NCBI GenBank assembly: GCA_002269645.1
Contig: NIVC01005097.1
Location: forward strand, 1-26,334
Length of the DNA: 26,334 nucleotides
Reading direction: 5' to 3'
From: Macrostomum lignano
Taxonomy: Eukaryota
The notes beneath the pieces were generated by a model, which saw only the letters and a program-made list of their open reading frames with translations, was not told the DNA's origin and did no database searches. Positions 21,545 through 26,334 of this stretch are shown in pieces. The translations under genes were made by a program, and so were the position numbers. How positions within the stretch are numbered: position 1 is the stretch's first letter; each line of letters starts with the position of its first letter.

Positions 21545-22010
21545 TTCAGGAGTGCCTCAGCTCCCTCCTCAGATTATTCAGGAGTGCCTCAGCTTCCGTC
21601 CCAGATGGTTCAGAAGTGCCTCAGCTTCCGTCCCAGATGGTTCAGAAGTGCCTCAGCTCCCGTCCCAGATTGTTCAGAAGTGCCTCAGCTCCCTTCCAAG
21701 ATTGTTCAGAAGTGCCTCAGCTCCCTTCCAAGATTGTTCAGAAGTGCCTCAGCTCCCTTCCAAGATTGTTCAGAAGTGCCTCAGCTCCCTCCAGAATGTT
21801 CAGGAGTGCCTCAGGTCCCTCCCAGATTGTTCAGGAGTGCCTCAGGTCCCTCCCAGAATGTTCAGGAGTGCCTCAGGTCCCTCCCCAGAATGTTCAGGAG
21901 TGCCTCAGGTCCCTCCCCAGAATGTTCAGGAGTGCCTCAGGTCCCTCCCCAGATTGTTCAGGAGTGCCTCAGGTCCCTCCCCAGAATGTTCAGGAGTGCC
22001 TCAGGTCCCT
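21545..22010. repeat. 32/33-bp minisatellite
   Basis: CAGAAGTGCCTCAGCTCCCTTCCAAGATTGTT grading into CAGGAGTGCCTCAGGTCCCTCCCCAGAATGTT, about 14 copies. Confidence 0.94.
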
Positions 22011-22418
22011 GCTACTTTATGCAGCTGTTTTCATGCCTGCCTGCTTCTAAAAGCAAAAGACTTATTTAGCGCACTCACAGTTCAGTAGTGCCTGATTTTT
22101 AGTTCCACTGGGTTGTTTGTCGTCAAGGGGGTTGCCAAGGCAGTCATGGTTACGCAACAACTGAGAAGTTGAGCAGGCTCAACAGACGTTCGTGTCGCCG
22201 CGCTTGTCTTTTTGTAAACTGCCCGTCACCACTTCTTTGCAGCTGCTTGGCGGCAGAATTTCTGCTCCCGAGCCGCAGCCCGCCGCTTCCCCGCGGAGAT
22301 AAAAAGCAGCACCCGGTGCCGCCCTGACCTCGGGGCTGATTGGCCGCCTGTGCACGGCCACTGGCTGGCGGGGCAGCTGCGAGTGGCGACGCGATTTGGC
22401 AGAGCGACCGCGCGGAAC

Positions 22419-22572
22419 ATTGAGAGACTGACCGAGGGACTGACATTGAGGCAGATGGACATTGAGACAGGCAGACATTGAGACAGGCAGACATTGAGAC
22501 AGGCAGACATTGACACAGGCAGACATTGAGACAGGCAGACATTGAGACAGGCAGACATTGAGACAGGCAGAC
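22419..22572. repeat. 16-bp minisatellite
   Basis: CATTGAGACAGGCAGA, about 7 good copies plus degenerate ones. Confidence 0.93.
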
Positions 22573-23109
22573 AACAAGCAGGGGAGTTCAGCCGGGAACA
22601 GCCGGACAAATGGCGGCCGGAGTCGGTGGCCGGCCACTCCGCCCCAGCCCCGCCGCACTGGGCAGTGAGGCGAGCTTCACACGCGCTGGTTTAGCGTGTC
22701 AGCCAGCGACAGAAAACACTGTCAGAGCATTCTCAATCCCCGCCAGCTGAAGTGCCTGCAATATAATATCCTAAAATAGTTGTCAGGGGGCCGCGAGCCC
22801 CGCCCGCACCCACCAACTCGAGAATCGAGTGGTTTCAGGGCAGTGGGGTGATCCACGCTGCACGCCACAGAATCGTGGCAACGCCGTAACTGCCGCAATT
22901 CCGACAAATCCCAACTGTGCACTTGGCGAGGGGAAATGAAAGGGGAGAACTTTACGGAAGAGCACGAGAGAGTATGGCTTGTGACAGCTGCTGTGTTGTT
23001 GTGCGACTCCCGGGCCGGCTGTCGTCTCTTCCTCTCTGCAAGTCGCATGGGCTTCAAAATCCCCTGCCGTTGCCCCCTCTTCTCGCCTCACCACCGCGTT
23101 TCACACTTT

Positions 23110-24490
23110 CCCTCACTCTCACTCTCCTCTCTCATTCACTCTAAAACTCTCTCTCATTCACCCTCACTCTCTTTCTCATTCACTCTCCCACACTCTCTCT
23201 CTCTCTCATTCACTCTCCCGCAATCTCTCTCTCTCTCTCTCTCATTCACTCTCACTATCACACACACTCTCTCATTCACTCTCACTCTCTCTCTCTCATT
23301 CACTCTCACTCTCTCTTTTTCTCATTAACTCTCACTCTCTCTCTCATTCACTCTTACACTCTCTCTCATTCACTCTCACACTCTCTCATTCACTCTCACA
23401 CTCTCTCTTATTCACCCTCACTCTCTTTCTCATTCACTCTCTCACTCTCTCTCATTCACTCTCACTCTCTCTCTCACTCACTCTCACTCTCTCTCTCATT
23501 CACTCTTACTCTCTCTCTCTTTCTCATTCACTCTCACTCTTTCTCTTTCTCATTCACTCTCACACTCTCTCTCATTCACTCTCACACTCTCTCTCTCATT
23601 CACCCTCACTCTCTTTCTCATTCACTCTCCCAGACACACACTCTCTCTCAATCACACACACTCTCTCATTCACTCTCACTCTCTTTTTTCTCATTAACTC
23701 TCACTCTCTCTCTCATTCACTCTCACTCTCTCTCTCATTCACTCACACTCTCTCTCTCATTCACTCTCACTCTCTCTCTCTCATTCACTCTCACTCTCTC
23801 TCTCATTCACTCTCACTCTCTCTCTTTCTCATTCACTCTCACTCTTTCTCTTTCTCATTCACTCTCACACTCTCTCTCATTCACTCTCACACTCTCTCTC
23901 ATTCACCCTCATTCTCTTTCTCATTCACTCTCCCACACACTCGCTCTCTCTCATTCACTCTCACTCTCTCTCTATCATTCACTCTCACTCTCTCTGTCTC
24001 TCTCTCATTCATTCTCACACTCTCCTCTCTCATTCACTCTCACTCTCTCTGTCTCTCTCTCATTCATTCTCACACTCTCCTCTCTCATTCACTCTCACAC
24101 TCTGTCTCTCTCTCATTCATTCTCACACTCTCCTATCTCATTCACTATCACACTCTTTCTCTCTTATTCACTCTCACACTTCCCTCATTCACTCTCACTC
24201 TCTCTCTCTCATTCACTCTCACTCTCTCTCTATCATTCACTCTCACTCTCTCTCTATCATTCACTCTCACTCTCTCTGTCTCTCTCTCATTCATTCTCAC
24301 ACTCTCCTCTCTCATTCACTCTCACACTCTCCCTCTCTCTCATTCATTCTCACTTTCCTTCTCTCATTTACTCTCAATTTTTTCTCTCACTCATTCTCAC
24401 ACTCTCCTATCTCATTCACTATCACACTCTTTCTCTCTTATTCACTCTCACACTTCCCTCATTCACTCTCTCACTCTCCCTCTATCTCGC
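23110..24490. repeat. CT-rich polypyrimidine low-complexity array
   Basis: (CT)n runs punctuated by CATTCACTCTCA, about 1.4 kb with very few G on +. Confidence 0.95.
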
Positions 24491-25257
24491 TCGCATATCT
24501 CTACCCTGCCCAGCCCATAGAGATCTCGAACCCTTCTGCGGTGATATTTCAGTCAGAATCCCACCAGAAATGAAAAGCGAACCGATCGTGACCAACTGTT
24601 TCAAGCCTGAAACGGGAACCCAGAGGTTCTGCATAATTATGTATATTTAATAAAGGTATATCAGTAGCAGTTAATCGCTCAACAAGGTTAGGGACGCGAA
24701 TTGAATTGCGCACTGTCAGTTGCAGAGCTGTTTCCGAGAGTAACTGCATACCCGAAAACACACGCGCAGAGAGAGAGAGGAACAGGCAATTTAAAATTGT
24801 GAGCTGTAACAGCGCTATTAAGGGCTAAGATTATCGATATTAATAAATCGCTAAATAAATAAAATAATTATTAGCAGCAAAAACAATAGCGAAGCGATTT
24901 GAAACTTTAATTCAATAATTTTTAGCATAAAGGTTTTGATGAACAAAGGAGAGTTCAGTCTGAAGCCGGCGGAGTTCACCGGGGTTGCCTGAAAGAGAAC
25001 AACTGGCGCCGGCCTCTGGTCACGCAAGCAGTGTAGAATATAAAAATTCATTTTGTCGCTTATCACGCACGGTTGTTGCTCAGCAATTCTAGGGAAATGG
25101 ACTGAGGAAAGGAAAGAGTGAAAACCTGTTCAGGGACATGAAAAACTAAGAACTTCATGTGCTCATCGCTCAAAAGTTGTTTATGTACTTTGATTTTATC
25201 AAAGCAATCACGGTTCAAATTTAGGTTGCGGAAGAGAGCAACAGGGGAGGTTAAAAA

Positions 25258-25850
25258 GGGGAGAGTAGAGAAGAGCGAAGGAGAGTAGAGAGGAGAGAGG
25301 GAGAGTAGAGAGGAGAGAGGGAGAGTAGAGAGGAGAGAGGAAAAGTAGAGAGGAGAGAGTGAGAGTAGAGAGGAGAGGGGGAGAGTAAAGAGGAGAGAGG
25401 AAAAGTAGAGAGGAGAGAGTGAGAGTAGAGAGGAGAGAGGGAGAGTAGAGAGGAGAGAGGGAGAGTAGAGGAGAGAGGAAAAGTAGAGAGAAGAGGGGGA
25501 GAGTAGAGAGGAGAGAGTGAGAGTAGAGAGGAGAGGGGGAGAGTAGAGAGGAGAGAGTGAGAGTAGAGGAGAGAGGAAAAGTAGAGAGGAGAGAGTGAGA
25601 GTAGAGAGGATAGAGGGAGAGGAGAGAGGATAGAGTGAGAGTAGAGAGGAGAGAGTGAGAGTAGAGAGGATAGAGGAGAGTAGAGAGGAGAGAGGGAGAG
25701 TAGAGAGGAGAGAAGGAGAGGAGAGAGGAAGAGTAGAGAGGAGAGAGTGAGAGTAGAGAGGATAGAGGAAGAGGAGAGAGGAGAGAGTGAGAGTAGAGAG
25801 GATAGAGGAAGAGGAGAGAGGAGAGAGTGAGAGTAGAGGAGAGGGATGTA
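25258..25850. repeat. GA-rich polypurine ~20-bp array
   Basis: GAGAGTAGAGAGGAGAGAG(G/T) variants, about 0.6 kb almost without C on +. Confidence 0.95.
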
Positions 25851-25963
25851 CAGTAAGAGAGATAGGAGACTGAAGCCAGGGATAATTCTGCGGGCGGGAT
25901 GGAGGCTCAGAAATTGAGAGAGAGAGGCAGCAACAGCTGACCGGAGGTAGGGGCTGAGCTCAC

Positions 25964-26069
25964 GGACAATGGGAGATGCAGAACGCAGATTATTCGAAAG
26001 CCGGTCGTCGAGCAGCCTCCGGCTGAGGTAGTCGCGTGTTAGCGAATTCCCAGAGAACTCAATCGACAT
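25964..26069 (-). CDS. Possible short first coding exon of an unidentified gene
   Basis: ATG26069 opens MSIEFSGNSLTRDYLSRRLLDDRLSNNLRSASPIV in non-repetitive, CpG-rich sequence, followed by a C|GTGAGC donor at 25964/25963. No homology is recognised and no downstream exon is assigned. Confidence 0.2.
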
Positions 26070-26334
26070 GAAAGCGCGCGATCGAAAGCAGAATTTTTAT
26101 GGAAATTTAAAAAAATGTTGAATGTCGCCGATTCGTCTACTTGTAGTAGGAGTGCGGAACATGTAGGGAGTTTTCTGCACGCGAACTAATAAATCTTACA
26201 GTTTCCGATAACAATTGAGACTATAGTTAAATGACAGTCGTTGGGCAGCACAGAGTACCAAAATAATTAATTATCCATGCAAATTTGTTGGCTAAGGTCG
26301 AGCTAATATAGAAAATGTCTCAGTTTATTTCTTG

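Noticed and set aside
22270-22345. CCAAT box (GGCCAATCAG on -) and a TATA-like GATAAAAAG in a GC-rich island
   Set aside because: The two motifs lie on opposite strands and no transcription start can be inferred. Such short motifs occur by chance.
24515-24545. GGTTCGAGATC on the minus strand, resembling a tRNA T-loop or Pol III B-box
   Set aside because: There is no cloverleaf, no A-box at suitable spacing and no proper T-stem.
20013-25860. ORFs over the 20-22.6 kb arrays and the 272-aa Leu/Ser ORF at 25251-26069
   Set aside because: They are repeat-derived. Only the first ~35 codons of the last ORF are unique sequence, and these are listed separately at low confidence.
1-26334. Regularly spaced 28-34-bp repeats resembling CRISPR arrays
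   Set aside because: Units are directly adjacent with no unique spacers, no cas genes are present, and the context is an intron-containing animal genome.

Overview
Eukaryotic (animal) genomic DNA with spliceosomal GT-AG introns. No prokaryotic features, tRNA/rRNA, CRISPR or recognisable transposase/RT were seen. Two convergent genes are supported. (1) On +, a two-exon Bin3/MEPCE-type RNA methylphosphate capping methyltransferase (~164-646 and 1368-2038). It can only be read through at least five single-base frameshifts, each a missing C or G in a short run. (2) On -, a 7-cadherin-repeat protocadherin with signal peptide, TM helix and cytoplasmic tail. Its firm exons are 17943-17071, 16230-14938 and 14140-13534, and weaker tail exons extend to a stop at ~6561. 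About 19 different minisatellite/low-complexity arrays (units ~9-60 bp, roughly 11-12 kb or ~45% of the window by my coordinate estimates) fill introns and spacers and account for almost all other ORFs in the track. GC/CpG-rich exons with minisatellite-packed introns resemble the flatworm Macrostomum, but that is an unverified inference. I found no convincing new biological system. The most interesting leads are the frameshift pattern in MEPCE, two ectodomain introns at the same cadherin-repeat position, and a 21-bp array that offers tandem in-frame splice acceptors to the protocadherin tail.
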